A stretch of DNA of 64,000 bases, taken from contig OX597817.1 in assembly GCA_951406725.2 (NCBI GenBank), positions 32,364,001 through 32,428,000 of the forward strand, written 5' to 3'. This document shows positions 34,896-47,687 of the stretch, piece by piece; within the stretch, counting starts at the first letter, position 1, and the number at the start of each line of letters is the position of its first letter. The position numbers were made by a program, and so were the translations under genes. The notes under the pieces were generated by a model. The model ran no database searches. It was given only the letters and a program-made list of their open reading frames with translations, and was not told the origin of the DNA. This DNA is from Octopus vulgaris (lineage: Eukaryota).

Positions 34896-35330
34896 AGGAG
34901 TAGGAGTGGCTGTGTGGTAAGTAGCTTGCTTACCAACCACATGGTTCCGGGTTCAGTCCCACTGCTTGGCACCTTGGGCAAGTGCCTTCTACTATAGCCT
35001 CGGGCCGACCAAAGCCTTGTGGGTGGATTTGGTAGACAGAAACTGAAAGAAGCCCGTCGTATATATGTATATGTGTGTGTGTGTGTGTGTGTGTCTGTAT
35101 ATGTTTGTGTGTCTGTGTTTGTTCCCCCCAACATCGCTTGACAACCGATGTTGGTGTGTTTACGTCCCTGTAACTTAGCGGTTCGGCAAAAGAAACCGAT
35201 AGAATAAGTACTAGGTTTGCAAAGAATAAGTCCTGGGGTCGATTTGCACGACTAAAAGGCGATGCTCCAGCATGGCCACAGTCAAATGACTCAAACAAGT
35301 AAAAGAGTAAAAAAGAGAAAGAGTAAAAGA
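34896..35330 (+). mobile_element. Family-1 SINE, full length; older copies nearby about 34445-34770 (-), 35885-36195 (+), 37050-37390 (+)
   Basis: Matches consensus. Confidence 0.9.
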
Positions 35331-35504
35331 GTTACTTTATCAAAATATATCAAATAACATTAAAAAGTTGAAGATGTAGCATACAACAAAAAATAATTGC
35401 ATGCATATTAAAATACAACACAGGAGATTTATTCAATCCTTATGGAAGATGAAAGAAATATTTTTATGACACATCAGTTAGAACTGATAATTGCAATGAC
35501 TCAC

Positions 35505-35549
35505 GAGTTTGTTTTCTCTTAATTTATTAATCAATAATAAGTCAGCCAT
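35505..35549 (-). CDS. RMDN1: Candidate upstream coding exon of RMDN1 (MADLLLINKLRENKL)
   Basis: AAGATGG start context, 15 open codons and a consensus donor CTC|gtgagt in phase 0, in frame with the 33392 acceptor. No homology support. Confidence 0.4.
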
Positions 35550-38500
35550 CTTTTATATTATGTTTTGATGTGCACCAATGGAACTCAAATTTCAAAACAA
35601 CACATTAAAAATGATAATTATGTTTACATTTTCTTCGAAATGCATATTTATATTTTTAAATAATAATTGTATTGTTTTTTTTTTCTTCCTCCGTTTCCAC
35701 TAAGAAAATTATTACAAAAAGAAGTAAAATTTGACAATTGGAAAAAAAATCATTAAGCTCTGACGTGAACTACAGTCTTTATAATTTACAAACATTGATT
35801 TCTCATATTCACACAAGGCTGAAAATATGTAGGGTAAGGTATAATCAATAGAATCAACTCCTTGATATGTCCAATAATTATTTAGGCATGACTGCCTGCT
35901 AAAAGAAGCCTGCTTCCCAACCACATGGATCCAGGTTCAGTCCTACTGTGTGGTACCTTGGGCAAGTGTCTTCTACCATAGCCCTGGGTCAATGAAAGCC
36001 AGTGAGTGGATCTGGTAGACAGAAACTGAAAGAACCCCATCATGTGTTTGTGTGCGTGTCACCAGTGCTTGACGGTGTTGTTTTGTTTACGTCCCCATTA
36101 CTTGACTGTTCAACAAAAAGAGACTGATAGAATAAGTACCAGTTTGACTAAACCCTCTGAGGCAGTCTAATTACTGAAACAAGTAAAAGTAAAAGAATAA
36201 TACCAAAAGAACAAAAGGGAAAGGTGGCTTTGACATGATTTGAACTCAAAACAGAACAAAACTTTTTTTTTTTTAGTATTTAAACAAAGAGAAAAGGATG
36301 GTTCACATGGATATCCCAAGAGCTTGCAAGCTCTCTCTGACAAGGATGATACAGTTGATGGTTAATTTGAAGCTCTGTTTGTTGGGGAACACAGAAAATT
36401 AGTGAGTTGCAGAGAGTATTAGTTTGGGATAGAAACAACAATTAAAAGTGTTTCAAGTAGTGCTTGAAGAGTGAAATTCATAAGAACAGCAATAAAGTGT
36501 TATATCAAGTATTGTACACAATATGCTAGTTGTTTAACTTTTTAGCATTCAGACTTTTCTGTCAAATGTACTGCTTATTTATTCAAGTTGTTTTGAATTA
36601 ATTAGGCATTATCTCATAGCTTTAAGAGTTCAATATTGTGACAGTTGCCTTTTTAGAATGACATTGTTGGGCAGGCTTGAGAGATCAGACCTGGTTGGTA
36701 TTAACATAAAGCTGATAAAATATTTGGGCCAAATGTGGTTAGTTTAAATACTAAAGGTTTAAGTGGTGATAAAAAAGACAAAAAGGTTGGTAAATATTTG
36801 TCATTTAACCGAGTGGTCTTTTTTACAAATCTATTTACCTTATTTGGTGAGATATAAAACACACTTCCCTTCCAAAAACAATATCCCCCCGTGTCCTATA
36901 TTCAATGCTTATAATTACATGCTTTAATACACTAAAAACCTCTTCCAGAATGTATGCTGCTGAAATAGGGTTACACCAAACATGTGTCTTTTATGCCATT
37001 AAATATGGTAATTTGTTTTTTTTTACTCATAGGAATTTTTTCACACAAAGAAATTTGCTTCCCAACTACATGGCTCCAGGTTCAGTCTCACTGTGTGGCA
37101 CCGTAGACAAGTAAGTGTCTTCTGTTATAGTTTCAGGTTGACCAAAGTCTTGTGAGTGGATTTCGTAGATGGAAACTGAAACAAATGTTATGTGTGTGTA
37201 TGCGTGTTCCTTCACTACCACTTGACAACCAATGTTGGTGTGTTTACATCCCTGTAACTTAGCAGTTCGACAAAAATGACTAATAGAATAAACACTTAGA
37301 ACGTAAGCACTGGGGTTGATTCATTCAGCTAAAATTCTTCAAGGCAGTGCCTCAGACTAGCTGCAGTCCAATGACTGAAACAAGTAAAAGGTGAAGTCCA
37401 AAGTATACAACCATACTCTGACAGAACATTACACCTGTGCATAACATATACCTAACAACTGCTCAACGATGCTTGTATATCGCTGAGGGTCAGCAACTGC
37501 TCAAAAGTAAAATATGTTTGCTCTCAAGGAAAAAAGCCTTGACTTTGTGAATACAGTTTTATCAGTCTTATATGTGACCACTATAAACATCAAGCTGTAA
37601 GGTTGGCTTAACAGTTGTAGCAAGTTTGAGGGTTTTATCTGAGTCTTAAGTTGTAGCCTAGATATCTTTAGTGATTGAATCATCATCATCATCGTTTAAC
37701 GTCCGCTTTCCATGCTGGCATGGGTTGGACGGTTTGACTGAGGACTGGTGAGCCAGAGGCAGTACCAGGCTCAATCTGATCTAGCAAAGTTTCTACAGCT
37801 GGATGCCTTTCCTAATGCTAACCAATCCAAGAGTGTAGTGGGTGCTTTTACGTGCCACCAGCACGAGGGTCAGTCAGGTGGTTCTGGTAATGACCACGCT
37901 CGAAAGGTGTTTTTATATGCTAACTGCATAGGAGCCAGTCTAGCGGCGTTGGCAACGACCACGCTCAAATGTTGTTTTTCACATGCCACTAGCACATGTG
38001 CCAGTAAAGCAACTATCACGCTCGAATGGTGCTTTTCATGTGGCACCGGCACAGGAGCCAATCTGTGGCCCTGGCAACGATCATGCTTGGATACGCTTTT
38101 AACGTTCCACTGGCACGAGTGTCAATCAGGCAATACTGTCAATGGCCACATCAGCGATTTTGATTTGTCTACACTTGCCTCAATAGGTCTTTGCAAACAA
38201 AGTTCATTGTCCAATGAATGAGGGGTACTCATAAGTGGGCCAGTTACACCCCACATTCGAATGTACTTTTAACGTTCCACTGGCACGAGTGCCAATCAGG
38301 TGGTACTGTCATCGGCCACATCAGCAATTTTGGTTTTGATTTCACTTGCCTCAATAGGTCTTCACAAGCAAGATTTATTGTCCAATGAATGAGGGATATT
38401 CATAAATGGGCTGGTTACACCCACTGGCATAGGCCATGAGCTATGGTCTCACTTGGCTTGTCGGATCTTTCTCAGTTCACAAAAGTAGAAGTGTTAGTCA

Positions 38501-39340
38501 TTTTAAATTCAGTTGAGTTAAAGATTAATTTAAAAGAGAAAAAAAAAGAACAAAATGCACAAAAACTACTCAACTTTCTTCAAGTAACTAGAGTCAATAA
38601 AGTAAATTTGTTTTGTCTAAAATAGCCAGACAAAAAGCAAAACAGCAGTTTCTCATATTGATTAATTGGAGTTTATATTTCACCACCTGGTTAAAGTCTG
38701 AAGTGGCTGTATATATATATATATATATATAAAGATTTTTTTTTAAAGAAGTATAATAGATAAGCAAATAAATTATATACAAAGTTCAAGTTTACACAAT
38801 TTTAGTTGATAAAAAGATAAAAGCCATTTCCTAAATATCTTTATTTAACAAAAGAAGTTGACACCTATTGATGTAACAATTGTGCTTATCATGAACTTAC
38901 TGGTATCAAATTATAATGTAAGCTCATGGCACCAAATAAAATGAATGGCATTATAGAATATAATATTCATATGGTAATGTTGCATGCTTCACACAATTTA
39001 CATGTTTACTACATTACATGATCAGCTCTGCTTAACAGGGTTACCAGATTTATGAATGGAATTTGGTTATTCAGACGAAGAAGGCTTCCAAAGATAAAAG
39101 ACCTCTTACAATTACAGTTTTGTTTTCAATGAACAATTTCTAGTGGGATCACAATTAAACTTCAAATAAGAATACTAACAGATATCATATAATGGTGATA
39201 AATGATATTTCACCATCCTCAGCACTCAACATCACAACTTCATCAACTACAACTGCATATACTTGGAAGAACTGTCTCAATGCACTAGGAATGTATTTTA
39301 AGATGGCTTCAATAGATCACAACAAGTAAAAAAACGGGTA

Positions 39341-39829
39341 CCGTAAATCCCTTGAGTATAATGCGCAGGGGATTTTTAAAGGGCTGTACCTCTGAAAAAC
39401 TTAAACCTTGTGTATAATACGCACCCCTTCTCTAACTTGAGTCAGAGAGGTCTATATAACACCCTTGGTTTGTAAAAATGTATACGGTAACGTCCTTTAT
39501 TATTATTGTATATATAACATAATGCAAACATGTAGCTTTTTTGTGCATTTTGTTTGCAGAAAATAAAGAAATAACAGTAATAACATTTAATAAATGTTGC
39601 AAGTTATGGATGATTCTTTTATGACTTCATTGCTTTCAGGCTTAGCTTAAGGTATTTTCGCGCCCAACATCACAAAATGCGTCTGAATAAACATTGCCAG
39701 ACAGCAAATAGAGACTCGGACATTGCTTCGAAAATAATTTCCATTTTTAACCTCGTGTATAATACACACTAGGGATTTTGACCTTTAAATTTTTGGAGGG
39801 AAATGCAGATTATACTCGAGGATTTACGG
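39341..39829. mobile_element. pogo/Tigger-like MITE
   Basis: TA|CCGTAAATCCCTTGAGTATAAT ... ATTATACTCGAGGATTTACGG|TA. Confidence 0.8.
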
Positions 39830-41707
39830 TAATTCTACAGAAAATTGAGGAATATAACCTGCATGAAATATATTGTATACAAACGACAACAAATTAACTT
39901 ACATGAGTGAAAATAACTCACCAATGTCCTATTTCAGTACACAAAAAAAAAAAAAAAAAAATTGACAAGTGGAGTATATTGCAACTTATTTCACTCCAAG
40001 TCAATGAGTCCTTACTTAGCTATATTACCCAAGTAAAACCAAAGCAAAAATAAAAACATGATTTTGGTAACAATGATAATGACAATGTAGGCGGCGAGCT
40101 GGCAGAACCGTTAGCACGCCGGGCAAAATGCGTAGCTGTATTTCATCTGCCGTTACGTTCTAAGTTCAAATTCCGCTGAGGTCGACTTTGCCTTTCATCC
40201 TTTCGGGGTCGATAAATTAAGTACCAGTTACGCACTGGGGTCGATATAATCGACTTCATCCGTTTATCTGTCCTTGTTTGTCCCCTCTGTGTGTAACCCC
40301 TTGTGGGTAGTAAAGAAATAGAAATAGGTATTTTGTCTGCAGTTACGAACTTAATCGAACTTAATCCGTTTGTCTGTCCTTGTTTGTTCTGTCTGTGTTT
40401 AGCCCCTTGTGGGTAGTAAAAAAAATAGGTACTTTGTACGTCGTTACGTTCTGGGTTCAAATTCCGCCGAGGTCGACTTTGCCTTTCATCCTTTCGGGGT
40501 CGATAAATTAAGTACCAGTCACGCACTGGGGGGGGGGGGGGTCGATGTAATCGACTTAATCCGTTTGTCTGTCCTTATTTGTCCCCTCTATGTTTAGCCC
40601 CTTGTGGGTAATAAAGAAACAGATATTGACAATGTAATAGTGGAATAAATTCATTCTGAAGACATCACACTATGAGACTTTAATTGTTGCCTTCACTCAA
40701 CATCACATTCAAAATGTTAATAGCATCAGTAGAGACACATGAGTTAGTTGATAAACAAGCTCCTTATGATGAAAACAATATCAATTTGTAACAAGCAAAG
40801 TAGCTATTTAGAAAAATCTCGATAAAAGATGAAAGTAATAACTATACTAAGAGGTAACATTTATCACCACATTAATATAATTGTTGAAATTTCATTTGGT
40901 TTTCACTTCCAAATTTCATTTGATCTTCTGTAACTCATATCATCATCATCATCGTTTAACGTCCATTCTCCATCAACCCCAGTGTGTAACTGGTACTTAT
41001 TTAATCAACCCCAAAAGGATGAAAGGCAAAGTTAACCTCAGCAGAATTTGAACTCAGTGTGGAAGAAGTTCACTAAGTAACTATATGGGTTGGACGGTTC
41101 GACCGGGGATCTGGGAAGCCAGAAGGCTGCACCAGGCTCCGGTCTTATCTGGCAATGTTTCTACAGCTGGATGCCCTTCCTAACGCCAACCACTCCGTGA
41201 GTGTAGTGGGTGCTTTTTACGTGCCACTTGCACTGGTGCCAGGCGAGGCTGGCATCAGCCACGGTCAGATTGGTGCATTTTATGTGCCACCGGCACGGAA
41301 GCCAGTCGATTCATATACAAAATAAAAAGAAAAAATAGATAAATAAGACATTTCAGAGAGAATGCAAATGAAAAAAAAGTTTTAACAGATTTGCCATCTT
41401 TAGAAACACTTCTGCTCAATGCCAACATAAATAGCAATTCTAGTAAATTACATGGAAAAGCACTGTCAATCAGTGACAATGAATTTATATTTCCAACTAA
41501 AAGTTATGATCAACACAAATTGTAGTTGTTGGAATATCCACATCATTCACTATTGACTGATCTGCAACATTTAATTAATTGATAAAGCAAAACAAAATAA
41601 TCTCTGAAACAACTATCAACCATGCAAAGTCAAGATATTTACCTATGGCTCAACTACACCTCAAGCTTTATTTGGGGTCATTTCATGCACAAAATTAGCT
41701 CAATTAC

Positions 41708-42045
41708 TCTTTAGTCTTTAACTTGTTTCAGTCATTTGACTGTGGCCATGCTGAAGCACTGCCTTTAGTCGAGCAAATCAACCCCAGGACTTATTCTTTG
41801 TAAGCCTAGTAATTATTCTATCAGTCTCTTTTTCCAAACCACTAAGTTACGGGGACGTAAACACACCAGCATCAGTTGTCAAGCAATGTTGGAGGGACAA
41901 ACACAGACACACAAACATATATACACACACATATACATAAATACATACATACGACAGGCTTCTTTCAGTTTCTGTCAACCAAATCCACTCACAAAGCTTT
42001 GGTCAGCCCGAGGCTATAGTAGAAGACACTTGCCCAAGGTGCCAC
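41708..42045 (-). mobile_element. Family-1 SINE (5'-truncated)
   Basis: Matches consensus. Confidence 0.88.
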
Positions 42046-44189
42046 ACTGGTGGTTACTAATTAGTTTGTGAGATAGCTGCTTTGTCTGTCTTAATTTAAA
42101 ATAAACTATGTTAACATTTTCTCAACAGCAAAAGATAATTCAGTTACTCGACAATACTTTAAGTAGTCAAAAGTATTGCTAAACGTTGCTAAGCTAAAAG
42201 ACATTTTTATGTCAAAATTATCAATTAACCAAGATATAAAAACCTGCAACACAACCTATGAGACAAATACTACTGCATGTAAAAAAAATGAAGAAGAAAT
42301 TAAATGTTTACTAAAATTTGACATCACTGAGTCCACAAAAAAGTATGACTCAACCTCATGCTTAGACAATCATCACTATTTAATTTGGTTATCAGTTAAA
42401 GAAGGTTTCTAGGGGTAAAGGACCTCTTACAATAACAGCTTTGTTTTGGGGCTACATTATTAGACTTTGTATAAGCATAAGACCAAATGTGTTTTAATCA
42501 TGTTGAGGTTTTGCTATTGATTGTAGTAGCAAAGAAAAATGATTATGTTTACCTGTGTGTGGACATATGCAGAGTAAATATGGCTATCCAAATGTGACAA
42601 CAACCAAAACCTACTGTGAACCTGTCCAGCAATCAACTTAATTGTAGCATAGCTTATGTATGTCTACAAGCATAAACAAGGGTATACCAGCAACTAGACA
42701 GTCCTTATGTATGAATACAATATACAAAAAGGAAAAAATGACTTTCATTTGGACACTTCACATGATTTATATGCTTATTATATCACATGACTCAACCTCA
42801 TGCTTAGATGACCATCACTATTTAACTTGGTTATCAGTTGAAGAAGGCTTCTAGGGGTAAAGGACCTCATGCAATAACAGCTTTGTTTCAGATAAACAAT
42901 TTATAGCAAGGCTGCATTATTAGACTTTGAATAAGCACAGGACCAATGTGTTTTAATTATGTTGAGGTATGGTACAAAAACTAGTTACATAAACTAGTTA
43001 TTGAACTCATCTTATCATATTATGGTAAAGTGATGATAGATAAAAGCAACTCAACTGTTCAATTTTTCAGCTGTTTCTTTACTTTTGATGGTGAAAACCA
43101 GCTCCAATAAATTCCCATTTATCAAAGCAATGGTTGCAGACAAGCCAGTGTGGAAGAAGTCCACTAAGTAACTACATGGCTTCAGGTTAATTCTCATAAT
43201 GTTCTACTTTGGTTAATTCCCATTGTGCTCTGCTTCTACCATAAACACAAATCATCCAAAACTGTGAGTGAAAATTTGAAGACATATACTACGTAAAAAG
43301 CACCCACTACATTCGCGGAGTGGTTGGCGTTAGGAAGGGCATCCAGCCGTAGAAACACTGCCAGATCAGACTGGAGCCTGGAGCAGCCCCTGGCTCCCCA
43401 GACCCCGGTCGAACCGTCCAACCCGTGCTAGCGCAGAAAACGGACGTTAAACGATGATGATACTACATGGAAGCCCATTAGAAAGACTTCCTATTCTTGG
43501 GTGGTGGAATTAATCCATCATCCAGTTCAGCATTACACCCTGTCACTTGGGTACCTTTTCAGGGTTTGCTGTTGCATGCATTTCAGTTGGATTTCCATTC
43601 TTAAGACAACTTCTTCCCATACAATCACCAGTCTTGGAGACTTTGAAATAGGCCATAAGCACTGTCCTTCCTCTGCTAATTAAAACAAATTAACCCCCAT
43701 TATAAGACAGGACTCTTATTAATTACCTAGGTAATTTGCTTTTCTATCTCCAGTCTAGAAGGCCTACTCAACTTTCTGATCAGCCATTTCTATTTTGTCA
43801 AATCCCAGCCCCTGATTTATTGTGCACTTCTTATTTCTTCTCATTTATAGATTCTATTTCCTCATGCAAGTCACACAGAAAACCCTGAAAGCTATTAAGA
43901 GAATATCAATTTGCACTCCTGCTAAAACCAATATGAAGCTAAACACTGTTAAGCAATAACTAACTCCTCTGATATGTCATCTGCAGGAAAAACAATAGTT
44001 AAGTTAGTGTAAATATATTTAATGCAGGGGACATTATAAAGCTAGCCAGAAATAAATATATTGTGAGAAATAAAATATCAGTCAATGACTTATACTATTT
44101 TGATTATTCTGACAAGTATGGGAGACAATTCAAAGGTTATTTTATTCTTATTATATCCTCAATATAATAGACATCAATTAAATTTTAGT

Positions 44190-44722
44190 GGCTGCCCCCT
44201 CGTTATCGAGTATGGCCATTGCACGAAGCTTAATCAATGTTATCGTGCAATGCCTGTGCAAGAAGATTTTTTTAAAGTGAGGAAAGGCTGTTCACTAAGT
44301 CAATTCCACTCACTAAGCAACACCAGCCATAATCCAAAAAGAAGAACAAGTCAACATCATCGGTAACCACTGAGCCACAGGTTTTATGTCGGAGTTATCC
44401 CAGTTACCTGAATTACCTTCTCCTAGAAGGATGCCCTAATAAAGGCTAGGAGTCCTTCACTCCCAATGGTTTAACCGCACGATCGGGTATTCAGTCCAAT
44501 TATTTCTATGTCCCTGCGCATGATACATCCTTAAGACATTTATTGGATGGCCGTTAACTCTCAAGAGTTCCTCCGCCTTTTGACGGGTTTTGCTTTTCAT
44601 CCCGCAGGGTGTCCAATAAACACCCTCCTCACCAAGCAAGCCGGTTTAGTCGCCGACAACTCGACCATGCAACAGGTTGTACTGAGTTAGATGTTATCAG
44701 TAGCACTCGAAAGTGACCTGAC
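44190..44722 (-). mobile_element. Probable RTE-derived non-autonomous retroelement
   Basis: GC/CpG-richer block unlike its flanks; the minus-strand 3' end ggccatactcgataacgagggggcagcc resembles RTE/BovB-type tails (from memory). Single copy here. Confidence 0.4.
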
Positions 44723-45171
44723 ATAACATACAAACACACACACACACACACATATACATACATGTGTAAATGAGAGTGTGTGTATGTCTGTGTCTCCTTG
44801 TCTTCACATTGCATAATAGTTGTAAATGAGTGTCACTGTCATACAAGCAGTGTCATCGATTTCCAACATTCTATGAAAACATGTCCAGCCATGGGTAAAT
44901 ATTATTACCTTGCATGGAAAAAGGTAAAAGTTGGTGACAGGATGATCACCTGACCATAGAAAATCTAATTCAATAAACTCCATCCAACCCATTCAAGAAT
45001 GGAAAAGTGGAAATTAAAACGATGATGGTGATGGGTTAAAATTAACTAAATAGAGAAGATTGAGATTTACTGAATGCAAGGTGAACAGAGTTAGGTGGAC
45101 TTATTCAATGATAAGGTGAAAGAGAACGATATTTGATAGATGTTAGGATAGATGGGGAAAGTGAGGTGCAT

Positions 45172-45528
45172 ATACAATAACTCTGAGCACCTTTTCAAAC
45201 TCCACTTGTCTAACACCTGTGGACATGTTTACAAAGTCAGAAAACAGCACAGCTCCCATGGCTTTTGGAAACATTTTTTCACGCTGGTATCAGTTGTTAG
45301 TTGTCGGAGCACAGCATCCTTCAAAACTTCCATGCTTCCTGAGATTCGCCAACACTACACCTGATTTTCTCCCCTCCATACACACGCAAGCATGTATCTA
45401 ACTCATACACTGTTCACTTCCCAGACATTTGTACATTATTGCATATGCTTTATACGCAGTTTCGACAAGTTGTGGTACACCTGAGAACTGTATACAATAA
45501 TTTCATCATTATTATTATTATTATTATA
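45172..45528 (+). mobile_element. CR1-type LINE 3' end; more diverged relatives about 16180-16480 and 58620-58930
   Basis: Same 3' ORF/UTR as 3277-4063, with a small deletion and an (ATT)n tail. Confidence 0.88.
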
Positions 45529-46647
45529 TTCAATGCTAGCGTGAATGGAAAGAAGAGGAATTCTTTCAAAATCAAGGCAAATGGAAAAGAGAGGTATACA
45601 TTAAATGTTAGGGTCACGATTTCGATTCACAGCGGTGCATTGTATCCTTGAGCAAGGTACTTCATTTCACGTTGCTCCAGTCCACTCAGCTGGCAAAAAT
45701 GGGTTGTGTTTGAATTTCAAAGGGCCAGCCTTGTTGCAATTTGAGTCACGCCGAATCTCCGAGAACTACGTGTATCTGTGGAGTGCTCAGCTACTTACAC
45801 ATTAATTTCAGATACAGACTGTTCCATTGATCAGATCAAATGACATCCTCATCGTCGTAAGCGACGGAGTTCCAGTTTTATCAGTTTGTGGTGATACTAA
45901 GATCCAGATTAACCGATCCCATATTAAACTTTTTAACATTCCATAACAGATAAAGTAATTACCCATAATTAATGATATAACACTGGTGACAAAGAGTTCA
46001 GTTTCCTACATTCAGAAATTATTCATTTTAATCTATATGAAAAAAAAACGAATGAGGTGGTAAAGGTCTCTATGAATTCTCTCGACCTACTAAAAATAAC
46101 CGCCAAATCTTCCTAAAACTACAGACTAATTAATAACAAAAAGGAAGGCAGCGAAATAAAAACAAAAAAAAAAAGAAGACAGTAAAATAATTTAGCCCTG
46201 GGAACACTTTTTCTGAAAACAATATGGTGTGATCACGGCTGGAGAGCTTTTGATTTTACATCTCCTCAGTTAGGACCAACTTGTGTATATTATACAACAA
46301 AATGTATTCGAAAGAGATGCGTAACGAAAACGGAGAATTTATACCAATGCAAGGGAAATAATCTTTCCATGATGCTGAAAAACCTAGTTTGATAAGCGAA
46401 GACACGGCTCTGTGGTTAAGAAGTTCGCTTCGTAGTTGTAGGTTCAGTCCCACTGCACAGCACCTTGAGCGAGTGTCGATCACAACAGTGTTGGGCAATC
46501 TTTCGATAGAAGCGAAAATATTTCTTCGGCAATTTCTGTAAAATCTTTTATTTCTTTTTCTTTTCAGCTGAATCGCTTATGGGTCAAACTAAAGGGTTTA
46601 GTTTGACCCGCTTACATTTATGTATGTTTTGTGTGTATTATTATTTT

Positions 46648-47137
46648 TATTTATAAACACACACACATACACACAATTCTCTTTGTTCCCCCTCCACTAC
46701 CGCTCGACAGCCAGTATTGCTTTGTTTACATTCCCTAACTTAGCAGCTCGATAAAAAAAAACAGTCGGATAGAATGAGTAACAGATTTTGGTTTTAAATA
46801 AGAACTGTAGTCGTGGCAAGACTTCCTTTTGAATCGACTAAAACACTTCAAGGCGATGTGTCCCCGCACAGAACGGCCTCAGACCAATGACTATTTATAA
46901 ACACACATACACACAATTCTCTTTGTTCCCCCTCCACTACCGCTCGACAGCCAGTATTGGTTTGTTTACATTCCCTAACTTAGCAGCTCGATAAAAAAAT
47001 AAAAAAAGAGTCGGATAGAATGAGTAACAGATTTTGGTTTTAAATAAGAACTGTAGTCGTGGCAAGACTTCCTTTTGAATCAACTAAAACGCTTCAAGGC
47101 GATGTGGCCCCGCACAGAACAGCCTCAGATCAATGAC
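46648..47137 (+). repeat. Tandem duplication (about 245 bp x2) of an old family-1-like SINE tail
   Basis: 46648-46891 is nearly identical to 46892-47137. Confidence 0.9.
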
Positions 47138-47180
47138 TGAAACACGTAAATGAAAACAATAAAACAGTGTCGTTTATTTA

Positions 47181-47246
<66 letters not shown>

Positions 47247-47444
47247 CATCTGCAAAGGGAAGTGTAGTGTCTATAACTTGTTACTGCTCCCGCGGATCGA
47301 TGAAGTTGATGTTTTAGTAAACCAAGTTAAAGAGAAACTTTTTATTTTTATTTAAGCAAATAAAATGCTCGATAAAGTAACAGGAAAACTTTTCTTTGCT
47401 TTTACCTTTCGGTCTTCAATTACAGTAACTTCACGTCTACGTAG

Positions 47445-47687
47445 TCGTTCAACCAGCTAAAAAGAGTAGCTAAATTTCCCTCAAATTATAGCCTACTATA
47501 TTTTCAACAAAAAAAAAGGAGGGTCACATTCGATGATGCAGTTCCTCGTACACTGTGCCTGAAGGATTCGTTCAACCAGCTAAAAAGAGTAGCTAAATTT
47601 CCCTCAAATTATAGCCTACTATATTTTCAAAAAAAAAAGGAGGGTCACATTCGATGATGCAGTTCCTCGTACACTGTGCCTGAAGGA
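47445..47687 (+). repeat. Tandem duplication (about 121 bp x2) within a family-7 repeat
   Basis: tcgttcaaccagctaaaaagag...gtgcctgaagga at 47445-47566 and 47568-47687. Confidence 0.9.

Noticed and set aside
37840-38290. Regularly spaced about 20-bp repeats with variable spacers (CRISPR-like appearance)
   Set aside because: Eukaryotic context, degenerate repeats, related spacers and no cas genes; these are internal tandem units of a retro-repeat.
44640-44722. HDV-like ribozyme at the 5' end of the RTE-like element (GTTGC..GCGA-CTAA)
   Set aside because: Only a P4/J4-2-like piece could be drawn; no consistent P1/P3/P1.1 pseudoknot.
47406-47456. Apparent phase-0 minus exon LVERLRRREVTVIEDRK with AG/GT ends
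   Set aside because: The acceptor and first half lie in a family-7 repeat, and there is no RMDN1 similarity. Exonisation is possible but unsupported.
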